Numbered from the stretch's first letter, positions 1 through 8,805 are shown. The stretch is 52,290 nucleotides of DNA from a virus (IMGVR_UViG_3300037628_000403:1-52290); one strand, 5' to 3'. Translations and numbers: made by a program. The notes: generated by a model not told the origin, from the letters alone.

Positions 1-127
1 GTATCATGGTCCGACGTGTACAGCATTCAGCTGTACCGAAACACCAATTATTGATGGCAAATGTAAGGGGCACGGCAATGGCTGATTATCCATGCGATGA
101 AACAATGAGAGCAGTTTATGAAGAGGT
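1..127. repeat. Terminal direct repeat (assembly overlap), copy 1
   Basis: 1-127 is identical to 52164-52290; 127 is a typical assembler k-mer size, which indicates a circular contig. Confidence 0.95.
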
Positions 128-437
128 GCTTAGGGCAAGAACGCTGTACCCAGACAACAAGCACCTGACCGTTGCATTAATGGAAGAGGTTGGTGAACTC
201 GCCCAGGTACAACTGGACGACGATGGCAGGGATCGCGCCATCGAAGAAGCCAAACAAGTTGCATGCTTAGCAATTCGCATCATGGAAGAGGGTGACGCTG
301 ACTTCGCATTCCAAGGCCCAGATTCAGTCTGCCCTATGTGTTGCGCTGCCGACATCATCCAATCGCAGGCATTTTGTGTTAGTTGTGGAGCGAATTTGAC
401 AGTGGACCGTTATCCTGACGATGATATTCCATTCTGA
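78..437 (+). CDS. MazG-like NTP pyrophosphohydrolase with C-terminal Cys-rich tail
   Basis: ALMEEVGELAQ...EEAKQVACLAIR is a MazG-type acidic motif; ATG 78 overlaps the end of the upstream gene across the join. Confidence 0.75.
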   Translation: MADYPCDETMRAVYEEVLRARTLYPDNKHLTVALMEEVGELAQVQLDDDGRDRAIEEAKQVACLAIRIMEEGDADFAFQGPDSVCPMCCAADIIQSQAFCVSCGANLTVDRYPDDDIPF

Positions 438-541
438 TGCCTTGGGCTTATGGATATTGCGCTGACCCGCTGCGAACTATCAGAGCGGTTGGTCCAATTT
501 TAATGATACGAAACAACGTAGCAATTTGTAGAGGAGAGGCA

Positions 542-838
542 ATGGAGCCAGAGGATGAACCCAAACGATACGGCGTGGCTGATACCACCGACATTGCTGT
601 CGCCTTATACAGTGAAGCAAATCAAGAAAATTGTGATGGGCCTGAATACGATTTGATGCAGGCCGCAGCCCACTATATTCGCAAGTTGGAGAAACGCCCT
701 GAAACGGTTTGTTGTAAAGGGTGCCCGGATTGCGTGGGCATCGGTGTGCGCGAGCAGCTCAAAGGTGACATGCTCGAAATCAAGGAATTGAAAGAAGAGA
801 TTGAACGTCTCAAGGAGAAAGACAATGCAAGCAGCTAG
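542..838 (+). CDS. Hypothetical protein
   Basis: GAGGAG RBS before ATG 542; CCKGCPDC motif and coiled-coil C-terminus. Confidence 0.6.
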   Translation: MEPEDEPKRYGVADTTDIAVALYSEANQENCDGPEYDLMQAAAHYIRKLEKRPETVCCKGCPDCVGIGVREQLKGDMLEIKELKEEIERLKEKDNASS

Positions 839-1142
839 TCCACCCGACCTGCCAGTTGAGCCAAAGCCAGACAAAAAGAAAAAGGTAGCATCCACGCGCA
901 GCATCCAGATGAAGACTTACGCCACAGCCTTGGTCTGCCCCTGCGGCACCGTTATGAATTACACCAATACGGATGCTATGTCTGGAAATCACTTGTACGA
1001 TTGTTCGGAATGCGATCACACCGAGATACGTGAGAGAAAGTACCCGGCAATAGATTACCAACCGGTCAATCCGGGTGGAAACAGAAATCAACGGCGATCC
1101 AAAAACAAAAACAAGAACAAAAACAAAGGGAAAAGCAAATGA
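825..1142 (+). CDS. Hypothetical zinc-ribbon protein with basic NK-repeat tail
   Basis: AAGGAG RBS; CPC...CSEC; ATGA overlap with next gene. Confidence 0.6.
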   Translation: MQAASPPDLPVEPKPDKKKKVASTRSIQMKTYATALVCPCGTVMNYTNTDAMSGNHLYDCSECDHTEIRERKYPAIDYQPVNPGGNRNQRRSKNKNKNKNKGKSK

Positions 1143-1966
1143 CTGTGGCGTTGCAATCTATCGACGAGGCAATTGAAGACACCGGCATCAAGATTCTAGT
1201 CCACGGTCCAGCAGGATCGGGCAAGACGGTCTTATCAACTACGACCGGGGCAAGGACACTAATCATTAGCGCAGAATCAGGATTGCTTTCTTTGAAACAC
1301 GCACCCAAGGAGATCAAACGCCGAATCAAAGTGGTCCAGATTGACACGATGCAAGACATGGGCGAGGTCTTCAAATTGCTTGATGTCAAAGAGCGCGTGT
1401 TTGATTGGATTGTGCTAGATTCAATCTCTGAAATTGCCGAAGTCATCCTGGCAACTGAGAAGAAAAACACAAAAGACCCAAGACAAGCCTATGGAATTCT
1501 GGCTGATCTAATGATGGGCTTCATTCGGGCGTTCCGTGACTTGGAAGGTTACAACGTCCTCATGACTGCGAAGCAAGATCGCAGTCAAGATGAAGCTGGT
1601 AGGACAAGGTATGGGCCAATGTTCCCAGGACGACAATTGCCCCAGCAAATGCCCTACCTTTTTGACGAGGTCTTTGCGCTGCGTGTTGAGAAAAACGAAG
1701 CAGGTGAAGAATATCGCACTTTGCAAACTGGATTGGACGTTCAGTACGAGGCAAAAGATCGCAGTGGGCGGTTGGACATGTTCGAAGGTGCGGACATCGA
1801 GACCATTGCCGCCAAAATCAACGGTACATTCAAAACTAAGGAGGAGAAATTAGCAGAACAAAAAGAAAACGATGCAAAACAAAACGATGAAACAAATGAT
1901 GGACCAAAGCCTGACGACACTCAGGTGTCTCAGGAAACTATGACAGTAAAAACAAAGGAGCCATAA
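1139..1966 (+). CDS. Sak4-like / AAA_24 P-loop ATPase (ssDNA annealing)
   Basis: Walker A GPAGSGKT, Walker B IVLDSISE, AKDRSG motif; lies next to an SSB and a Cas4-like nuclease. Confidence 0.85.
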   Translation: MTVALQSIDEAIEDTGIKILVHGPAGSGKTVLSTTTGARTLIISAESGLLSLKHAPKEIKRRIKVVQIDTMQDMGEVFKLLDVKERVFDWIVLDSISEIAEVILATEKKNTKDPRQAYGILADLMMGFIRAFRDLEGYNVLMTAKQDRSQDEAGRTRYGPMFPGRQLPQQMPYLFDEVFALRVEKNEAGEEYRTLQTGLDVQYEAKDRSGRLDMFEGADIETIAAKINGTFKTKEEKLAEQKENDAKQNDETNDGPKPDDTQVSQETMTVKTKEP

Positions 1967-1967
1967 C

Positions 1968-2456
1968 ATGGCAGAGTTACCAAGCGCGTTTAACAGCGAC
2001 GATCATGAAGAATTAGCTGGTTTTGATGCAATCCCAGCTGGTGATTATATCGCTGAAGTCATCGCATCTGAAATGAAGGATACAAAAGCTCAAACTGGCA
2101 AGTATTTGCAGCTTACCTTCAAAATCTTGGAAGGTGATTTTGTAAATCGCCAACTTTGGACGCGCCTCAATTTGGTCAACCCCAATGAAAAGGCAGTCGA
2201 AATCGCTCAGCGTCATTTGGCCACGCTCTGTAAGGCAATTGGCGTGGGTGCGTTGAAGGATTCCGAGGAAGTGCACGGAAAGCCGATGACTATCAAGGTA
2301 GTAGTCAAAGCGGCAACCGCGCAGTACCAAGAATCCAACGAGATCAAAGGATATGCTGCCCTTGAAGGGCCAGCACCAGCCAAAACTGAAGGTGGTGGAA
2401 CGTCCCCAACTCCAGATTCGGGTGGCACCAAGCAACAACCTTGGGATAAGAAATAA
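1968..2456 (+). CDS. DUF669-family single-stranded DNA-binding protein
   Basis: IPAGDY...GKYLQLTFKILEG...NEIKGY and a PW-type tail. Confidence 0.85.
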   Translation: MAELPSAFNSDDHEELAGFDAIPAGDYIAEVIASEMKDTKAQTGKYLQLTFKILEGDFVNRQLWTRLNLVNPNEKAVEIAQRHLATLCKAIGVGALKDSEEVHGKPMTIKVVVKAATAQYQESNEIKGYAALEGPAPAKTEGGGTSPTPDSGGTKQQPWDKK

Positions 2457-2487
2457 TCCAAAGGTGAATTGAAGCAACATTGCATAC

Positions 2488-2519
2488 AAATAGGCAGCCA
2501 TTTCGGTGGCTGCCTATTT
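2488..2519 (+). terminator. Hairpin, probable intrinsic terminator after SSB
   Basis: AAATAGGCAGCCA-tTTCGg-TGGCTGCCTATTT, 13-bp stem. Confidence 0.7.
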
Positions 2520-2534
2520 CAAGGAGATTTTTCA

Positions 2535-3413
2535 GTGGTACTAATTCCGACAAACACGCAAACTACGCAATTCCAACTCGACGCTTTGATCGAGAACAAC
2601 GAACAACGTCCATACCTTGGAATGTCTGCAATCGGAGACCCCTGTGAGAGAAAGCTATGGTACAACTGGCGCTGGTGCTCGCCGCCTCAGTTGATTACTG
2701 GTAGGGTACAGCGAATTTTTGACACCGGCCATCGCGCTGAAGCATTCATGGTAGCAGATTTGAACAAAATCGGCATTGAAACTTTCATGAACATCGATGG
2801 TATAAGCATACCAATGACGGGTCACAAGGACGAGAGGCAAGAAGAGATAGTTGGGATTGCCGGGCACGCAAAAGGGCACATCGATGGTAGGTGTCTTGGT
2901 GTAATCGAGGCACCCAGGACAGTACATTTACTGGAAATGAAAACTCACAACGAGAAATCGTTCAATGACGTCAAGAAGAAAGGCGTCAAAGCTTCAAAAC
3001 CAGTTCACTACGCTCAGATGCAGCGGTACATGACAGGGTTGGGATTGGATCGCGCTTTGTATATGGCGTATAACAAGAATACCAGCGCATATTACATCGA
3101 GCGAGTCAAGCTTGACGAGTCATTCGCTCAAGATTTGATCCGCAAAGAAGAAATCATCATCATCAGCGAACATCCACCTGAGAAAAAGTTTGATAAGACT
3201 TGGTTCGAATGTAAGTGGTGTAACAATTTCGATATTTGCCACGGTGATTCCCCAGTTCAAAAAAGTTGCCGCACCTGCGAACACTCGGATTTGCAATCTG
3301 AAGGTCGATGGGTCTGTACTATCACCGAGGCAAACGAACCATTACCCACAGAGTTGCAAAGAGTCGGTTGTGGTCTTTGGGCTCTTGGGATTCACGACAC
3401 CGAGGACGCTTGA
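2535..3413 (+). CDS. Cas4-like PD-(D/E)XK exonuclease
   Basis: RPYLGMSAIGDPCERKLWY, GHIDG, LLEMKT, QMQRYM, CKWC...C; GTG start after AAGGAG. Confidence 0.85.
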   Translation: MVLIPTNTQTTQFQLDALIENNEQRPYLGMSAIGDPCERKLWYNWRWCSPPQLITGRVQRIFDTGHRAEAFMVADLNKIGIETFMNIDGISIPMTGHKDERQEEIVGIAGHAKGHIDGRCLGVIEAPRTVHLLEMKTHNEKSFNDVKKKGVKASKPVHYAQMQRYMTGLGLDRALYMAYNKNTSAYYIERVKLDESFAQDLIRKEEIIIISEHPPEKKFDKTWFECKWCNNFDICHGDSPVQKSCRTCEHSDLQSEGRWVCTITEANEPLPTELQRVGCGLWALGIHDTEDA

Positions 3414-5039
3414 TTGGATTTGGATTCTGAAGAAGAAATAGTGATGCGATGGTACCAAGACGGTGCCGTTGACGCTTTGGAAGAAGACGTGCAAGATCCA
3501 AAGTGTCATCCTGTCGCCGTCATTCCAACTGGCGGTGGCAAGACGTTTGTCATCTGCGAATTTGTCAATCGTGTACTTACAAGAAATCCATACGGCAAAG
3601 TGTTAGTTTTATCACACGTCAAGAAAATTTTATCACAAGACTACAATGCGCTTGATAAATATTTTGGTGGATTTGGGATTGGGATGTATAGCGCCAGCTT
3701 TAAGTCAAGGGAAGTCAAACAAATTACAGTTGCCGGCATCCAATCAGTCCATCGCAAGGCAGCACTATTCAAAGATTACGACATCATTATCATTGACGAG
3801 TGCCATTTGGTAACAATTCGTGAAACTGGAATGTATAGGAAATTCCTTTCTCAAATTAAGGCCAACTATGTAGGCTTAACAGCAACCCACTTCAGATTGG
3901 GCCACGGATATATCCACCGGGGTGAAGGCGCGCTATTCAATAAGATTTCCTATGACTTGTCGTCCCCTGAAAACTATGCGCGCCTTGTGAGTGAGGGATT
4001 CCTGTGCCGCTTAGTCTCCAAAGGCACGCTGATGCGGATGGATACAACAAAGACAAAGATCCGCGCTGGAGATTTTGCGGTCAATGCCCTATCAGATCAG
4101 TTTGACCGTGAGGCAATTACAAAAGAGGCAGTCAAAGAGATTGTTCAGTTTGGTGAAAACTATAGAAAATGGCTGACGTTCGCCATCGACATTCCTCATG
4201 CCGAACATATCACACAGGAATTTAAAAATCTCGGTGTGAGTGCGGTCTGCGTCCACTCCAAAATGTCTGGTGACTTCGATGACGCGCTTGATGCTTTCGA
4301 GGCAGGCAAATATCGTGTTGGGGTTTCTGTTGACATGCTAACAACCGGTGTTGACATCCCCGCCATCGATTTGATCGCATTGTTGCGCCCCACGAAATCA
4401 CCTGTAATTCACGTGCAAACGATTGGTCGTGGTGGGCGCCCATACACTTGCGACGAATACACAAAAGATCATACGCTTGTGCTGGATTTTGCCGGCAACA
4501 CCGCAAGGCTTGGCCCGATTGATAACGTCCAGATCAAAGTCAAGGGTGACAAGATCGGACCTGGCGAACCAATTATGAAAGAGTGCCCGAGTTGCCAGGG
4601 GCTTTGGCACCCAACAGTAAAGGTTTGCGATTATTGCGGTCACGTTTTTCAGTTTAAGCAAAAGCTACAAACAAGCGCGGGCCACGAGGACATTACAACG
4701 CCGACAACGCCAACAACTGCGGAGTGGCACGACGTTCATAACATATCGTACAGCGTTCATAACAAAGCTGGCAAGCCGCCGATTCTCAAAGTGACGTATA
4801 AGATCGGTGAGAATGTACTAAGCCAAAGAATCATCCACGAGTGGATTTGCTACGATTATGAGGAAGGGTTTGCAAGGCGTAAGGCAAGGCATTGGGTACG
4901 GTACAGGATGCCTAATGGTAGTATGCTACCGCTTGATACTGCGGAGTTACACGCTCAGTCTAGCCACCTTAAAAAGCCTTGGCGGATCTTGGTAAACTTG
5001 AACGATAAATTTCCACAGATAAAGGATGCTAAGTTTTGA
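3414..5039 (+). CDS. Superfamily 2 DExH helicase (RadD/YejH-like) with zinc finger
   Basis: PTGGGKT, DECH, GLTAT, QTIGRGGR, CPSC...CDYC. Confidence 0.9.
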   Translation: MDLDSEEEIVMRWYQDGAVDALEEDVQDPKCHPVAVIPTGGGKTFVICEFVNRVLTRNPYGKVLVLSHVKKILSQDYNALDKYFGGFGIGMYSASFKSREVKQITVAGIQSVHRKAALFKDYDIIIIDECHLVTIRETGMYRKFLSQIKANYVGLTATHFRLGHGYIHRGEGALFNKISYDLSSPENYARLVSEGFLCRLVSKGTLMRMDTTKTKIRAGDFAVNALSDQFDREAITKEAVKEIVQFGENYRKWLTFAIDIPHAEHITQEFKNLGVSAVCVHSKMSGDFDDALDAFEAGKYRVGVSVDMLTTGVDIPAIDLIALLRPTKSPVIHVQTIGRGGRPYTCDEYTKDHTLVLDFAGNTARLGPIDNVQIKVKGDKIGPGEPIMKECPSCQGLWHPTVKVCDYCGHVFQFKQKLQTSAGHEDITTPTTPTTAEWHDVHNISYSVHNKAGKPPILKVTYKIGENVLSQRIIHEWICYDYEEGFARRKARHWVRYRMPNGSMLPLDTAELHAQSSHLKKPWRILVNLNDKFPQIKDAKF

Positions 5040-5040
5040 G

Positions 5041-5205
5041 ACTAATACGAATTAGTAGTATACAATTAATCAAGTTTTGACATCAGCTAATACGAATTAG
5101 TAGTCGAGTTGTAATCAAGTTTTGAAAACAGCTAATACGAATTAGTAGTTTAGTCCAATTCAAGTTGAAAACTAATACGAATTAGTAGGTGAGGAGGAAT
5201 CAAGT
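5041..5205. repeat. Four tandem ~40-45 bp units with palindromic core (A/G)CTAATACGAATTAGT
   Basis: Cores at 5041, 5086, 5131, 5171, each followed by AG-N~10-TCAAG. Confidence 0.9.
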
Positions 5206-5251
5206 GGGGCTAATTATATACCTACATTCAATGGAGCCGTTTCCGGGCGTT

Positions 5252-5281
5252 TCTAGTGGGCTAAAACGACCTCTAGAATCA
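5252..5281 (+). repeat. 30-bp direct repeat, copy 1, within periodic non-coding DNA
   Basis: TCTAGTGGGCTAAAACGACCTCTAGAATCA is identical at 7122-7151. Confidence 0.9.
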
Positions 5282-5692
5282 GCCCCTACGCGCAAATTCC
5301 GGGTAGGCCCTGGCGCTAGTACCACCAGAAGGGATCGTGCCTTTAGAGCCCCACAGGGGCCTTTAGAGCGTATTCTACGGCAAAAAGCTCCTTCTATTAT
5401 AGGTACTTTTTGGGGTGCTAGGTGGGCGTCCAGGGGCCGTTTCCGGGGCCTAGGCCCTAAAACGCCGTCTAAGGGGTCTAGGATCGCGCCTAAGCTGTGA
5501 TCTCTAAAGATAGGTATAGGGATACGGGAAAATCGTAAACGTCGCTTAGAAGCGATTGCAAGCTGTTAGGAGGGAAAAGCACAAAAACACAAAAGAGCTA
5601 TAGCTTTAGGTCCAGAATTCGATACAGTATAGGCAAGTCAAAGGGGATAGGCCCCAAGGACTTCAAAACGAAAGAAAACTAGGAGTAACAAA

Positions 5693-6292
5693 ATGACCGA
5701 AAGTACGGAAGAAACTTCCAACCCGGTAGTAACGAAAGAGCCAACCGCATTCGAGAAAGCGTCGGTAACAATCGCCGCCGCCCACTCGGAAGGCCAAAAC
5801 GAAAACGAGATAGTAGTCGCCCTTATCCAGGGAGACGGTCTCAATTTCAAAATCGCCGGTAGCTTCATTACTCGGTGGCTCCAGGAAAACGGATTCGCAC
5901 TTTCCGCGAAAGACCGTTACACGCTCGTCGAAGAAATTTTGGTAAACCACGAATTCGCACCGGAAGAATGGAGCGACGTAGTTTCCAAGGCCAATTTCCT
6001 CGTCGAAACAATCGGGGATACCAACCAGAAGCAAGCTCTCAACTCGATTCGCAAATTCGCGAAAGAGCACGAGATCGAACTTCCCAAGAAACAAAAAGGA
6101 TCGGGACTCGGTACCACCGGATTCCGCGCCCAGAGTTTCGACTGGATGGTCGAAAATATCGACGCCACGGAAGCGGAACTTCTCGAATTCCTTACGGTCA
6201 ACGAGAAGTCCGATAACCTCAAGAAACGGATGACGAGTATTTTCGTCCTCGGCAAAAGGATGGTAGAAGCTTCTCGCACCGACGAGGAGTAG
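5693..6292 (+). CDS. Hypothetical protein, putative early gene
   Basis: 199-aa ORF with AAACTAGGAG RBS; no recognisable family. Confidence 0.85.
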   Translation: MTESTEETSNPVVTKEPTAFEKASVTIAAAHSEGQNENEIVVALIQGDGLNFKIAGSFITRWLQENGFALSAKDRYTLVEEILVNHEFAPEEWSDVVSKANFLVETIGDTNQKQALNSIRKFAKEHEIELPKKQKGSGLGTTGFRAQSFDWMVENIDATEAELLEFLTVNEKSDNLKKRMTSIFVLGKRMVEASRTDEE

Positions 6293-6298
6293 CAAAAC

Positions 6299-6367
6299 GG
6301 GCGGGAGGGGCCCAACCCCTCCACGCCCCATCCTTTAAGCTAGCAAAATTTTGGTAGCTTAAAGGAT
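6299..6367 (+). other. Two adjacent intergenic hairpins
   Basis: GGGCGGGAGGGG/CCCCTCCACGCCC followed by ATCCTTTAAGCTA/TAGCTTAAAGGAT. Confidence 0.65.
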
Positions 6368-6419
6368 CGGACGATCCAAAACGCGATACAACGATACAAA
6401 AACTAGGAGCACCAAAATT

Positions 6420-6650
6420 ATGTCCATCGAAAACTCAGCCGCAGAAGTTTCAATCCAGACCCGTACCATCGAGACCATCGTCGAAGATTTCGCCGACATC
6501 GCGCCACTCGGTTACACGCGACGAAATAGCCTTCAAAAGCACATCGACGCCATCACCAAAATCGCCGATCACCAGGAAGATCGCACGCCAGAAAGAGCCG
6601 AAGCAATTCGCCACGCAGCGGCACTTTTACAGGGGCTCGTTAACAACTAG
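6420..6650 (+). CDS. Hypothetical protein, putative early gene
   Basis: 76-aa ORF with AAACTAGGAG RBS. Confidence 0.8.
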   Translation: MSIENSAAEVSIQTRTIETIVEDFADIAPLGYTRRNSLQKHIDAITKIADHQEDRTPERAEAIRHAAALLQGLVNN

Positions 6651-6666
6651 GTCCAAAATAAGAAAC

Positions 6667-6694
6667 GGCCCCCTTCACCGGGGGCCATTTTTTT
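6667..6694 (+). terminator. Rho-independent terminator
   Basis: GGCCCCC-ttcacc-GGGGGCC followed by a T7 tract. Confidence 0.85.
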
Positions 6695-6701
6695 CGCGGC
6701 A

Positions 6702-6756
6702 ACTAATACGAATTAGTAGGCTAATGCAATTCAAGCACCAACTAATACGAATTAGT
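6702..6756. repeat. Two copies of the ACTAATACGAATTAGT palindrome
   Basis: Copies at 6702 and 6741; the second abuts the RBS of the 6775 gene. Confidence 0.9.
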
Positions 6757-6774
6757 AAACTAGGAGATATCAAG

Positions 6775-7026
6775 ATGAAAAACGTAGATACCATTTTGAA
6801 ATTGGAAGACGCGCTTTCCGACGTTTTGGTGCGCTTGAACGCAGCAGACTCGTCGGTTGAGAAATCGGACAAAACGAAAAAGGAATTGACCAAAGAGAAA
6901 AACGAAATTATCAATTTGGAAACGGCGTGGGAAGCTATCAAGATGGCGAGGCAGGCGCTCTACAAAATTGAAAACTACGATAGGGAAGTGGCGTACCGAG
7001 AATCAAAAGCCAAAGCAAAAGAATAG
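6775..7026 (+). CDS. Hypothetical coiled-coil protein
   Basis: AAACTAGGAG RBS, ATG 6775. Confidence 0.75.
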   Translation: MKNVDTILKLEDALSDVLVRLNAADSSVEKSDKTKKELTKEKNEIINLETAWEAIKMARQALYKIENYDREVAYRESKAKAKE

Positions 7027-7036
7027 AAACGAGCGT

Positions 7037-7091
7037 CAACTAACTCGTATTAGTAGGCTAGTAGTTTTCAACTACTAATACGAGTTAGTTG
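7037..7091. repeat. Perfect 20-bp inverted repeat formed by two palindrome variants
   Basis: CAACTAACTCGTATTAGTAG (7037-7056) / CTACTAATACGAGTTAGTTG (7072-7091). Confidence 0.9.
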
Positions 7092-7121
7092 GACCGTTTT
7101 AAGGATCAAGGAGACCAACGC

Positions 7122-7151
7122 TCTAGTGGGCTAAAACGACCTCTAGAATCA
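7122..7151 (+). repeat. 30-bp direct repeat, copy 2
   Basis: Identical to 5252-5281. Confidence 0.9.
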
Positions 7152-7438
7152 ACGTCTAAGCTGACTTATCGTGATTTAGGTACTAGAGTGCCTAGAACTA
7201 TTTGATGGGCTTAGAAGCGACCCTAGGGCCACAGAGAGCGTCCTAGGCTAAAACGCCGATATAGCACGTTACAGGCTGAGATCGCGTCTAAGTGACGAAA
7301 GCGGTTTGGTACGTATAGGTATACTGGGTTGGTCGAGATCTCAGCCCTGAGGTGATTCTAGGTGGCTTAGATGGCGTTTTAGCGCACGGTAGCGGTGGAA
7401 CGCCCCTAGGAGACTCGGTTGGATCCCCTGGGGGACCG

Positions 7439-7467
7439 TTGACAAAAAGTCAGGAATCAGCTAAAGT
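7439..7467 (+). promoter_or_regulatory. Sigma70-type promoter
   Basis: TTGACA-17 bp-TAAAGT upstream of the 7520 gene. Confidence 0.7.
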
Positions 7468-7519
7468 TTTTTCTCGGGCAGCCGATAAGTTACTTGTAAC
7501 TTAAACTAGGAGGGGCAAA

Positions 7520-7711
7520 ATGTTAGCAAAACGAATCACCGATAGAATCGAAAAAGTAAAGGGTTGGCGCTTACAGATAGTCGAAATGAAAAACGCCAAT
7601 TATTTGGAACTCGTCGAAGTTTTGGAAGACGAACTCATCGAATTAGAATCGTCAAAACCCACTTTCATCGACGTAGTTTCTGCGATGGTCGCAGACAACG
7701 CGTCAAACTAG
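7520..7711 (+). CDS. Hypothetical protein
   Basis: AAACTAGGAGG RBS; 63 aa. Confidence 0.75.
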   Translation: MLAKRITDRIEKVKGWRLQIVEMKNANYLELVEVLEDELIELESSKPTFIDVVSAMVADNASN

Positions 7712-7722
7712 GAGATAGAAAA

Positions 7723-7932
7723 ATGAAACGAGCGGAAGTAGAAGAAGCAAAAGCAAAAAATCTCGACACGGTTGTCGATCTGGAAAAGTGGATTGATAAG
7801 ATCGAGACTAGCAAGAATCAAGCCGATACCAACTTATACCGAAAGATCGGAAAGTTGATGGCGGTGATGAACGCTTCGGACGCGCTTTTTGAAAGCGTCC
7901 AAGCCGAAATGGAACTACTCAAAAAAGAGTAG
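7723..7932 (+). CDS. Hypothetical protein
   Basis: The upstream TAG stop is part of the AAACTAGGAG RBS. Confidence 0.75.
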   Translation: MKRAEVEEAKAKNLDTVVDLEKWIDKIETSKNQADTNLYRKIGKLMAVMNASDALFESVQAEMELLKKE

Positions 7933-7940
7933 GGCCAACG

Positions 7941-7981
7941 AAAACCGGGGCGGTTAACACCGTCCCGCGTTTTCACGTTTT
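7941..7981 (+). terminator. Possible intrinsic terminator
   Basis: GGGGCGGT-taac-ACCGTCCC stem followed by T-rich sequence. Confidence 0.5.
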
Positions 7982-7988
7982 GCAAACT

Positions 7989-8080
7989 TGAATACAACTA
8001 AGCTACTAATACGAGTTAGTTGATGTTCAGGATGAATACAACTCTACTACTAATTCGTATTAGTTGATGTTCAGGATGAA
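7989..8080. repeat. Two tandem 44-bp units with the palindromic core, reverse orientation
   Basis: TGAATACAACT...CTACTAAT(ACGAG/TCGTA)TTAGTTGATGTTCAGGA; cores at 8005 and 8049. Confidence 0.9.
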
Positions 8081-8095
8081 ACTAGGAGAACCAAA

Positions 8096-8362
8096 ATGGA
8101 ATTTGAAATTGATGGCTTGAAGAAAAAGATCAAAGATGGTGATTGGCTAACCTTCTGTGGTGTTTTGACGGGTGGCTGCGAATTGAAATGGATAGAAGCG
8201 CCGGTCACAATCGGACGTGACGAGGCAGGGAACCCAGGAATCATTTTTGATTATCCGGTTGGCGGGGAGCAGGTCATTTTTGATGGGGACGATATTTACA
8301 CGACGCACTTTGGAGAGGTGTTTCTGGAGAACGTCAAGATTACAAAACGAAACAAAAACTAG
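8096..8362 (+). CDS. Hypothetical protein
   Basis: AAACTAGGAG RBS; 88 aa. Confidence 0.75.
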   Translation: MEFEIDGLKKKIKDGDWLTFCGVLTGGCELKWIEAPVTIGRDEAGNPGIIFDYPVGGEQVIFDGDDIYTTHFGEVFLENVKITKRNKN

Positions 8363-8372
8363 GAGAATCAAA

Positions 8373-8570
8373 GTGGCAGTATCAATGCACCAGGGCAGGC
8401 TAGATCACTTCAAAGGAAAAGTTGACGAAATGATGGCGGAGTTTGACGACATGCTCCACCAACTATTCGATGACGAGACTGACAGCAATGAAACTCAGGT
8501 CCGTGTAGTTGGGGATCTTTGTGATTCGCTTTTGAAAACAAAAACTGAAATGGATGAGATCAAACTCTAG
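8373..8570 (+). CDS. Hypothetical protein
   Basis: GTG start after AAACTAGGAG. Confidence 0.7.
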   Translation: MAVSMHQGRLDHFKGKVDEMMAEFDDMLHQLFDDETDSNETQVRVVGDLCDSLLKTKTEMDEIKL

Positions 8571-8580
8571 GAGAATCAAC

Positions 8581-8805
8581 ATGACGCCAGAAAGACTATC
8601 AGAAATCAAAGGTCAGATCACCGCAATGGCCGATGAACTCGAAGATTACAAAAGAGAAGTTTTTGAAAATACCGACAGCGTTGAAGGTGACGCTTTGGTT
8701 AGTGCGCTGGAGGATGTTGTTATTACAATCAGTGAAGCAGATAGTGAAATTTCTGGGATCCAGATTTTGGAAACTGATACGGATTTCATTAAGAAGCCGA
8801 GTTGA
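8581..8805 (+). CDS. Hypothetical acidic helical protein
   Basis: CTAGGAG RBS, ATG 8581. Confidence 0.7.
   Translation: MTPERLSEIKGQITAMADELEDYKREVFENTDSVEGDALVSALEDVVITISEADSEISGIQILETDTDFIKKPS

Noticed and set aside
1-127. Biological terminal repeat
   Set aside because: The length equals a common assembler k-mer and the repeat falls inside coding sequence, so it is treated as a circularisation overlap
5041-5205. CRISPR mini-array (a Cas4-like gene is nearby)
   Set aside because: Variable segments are only about 10 nt, the same motif is dispersed singly and in both orientations, and there is no cas1 or effector. The Cas4-like gene sits in a normal Sak4-SSB recombination module.
5189-5500. 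103-aa ORF in the periodic region
   Set aside because: Arg/Pro/Gly-rich translation typical of non-coding DNA, and the related block at 7095-7400 has no matching ORF
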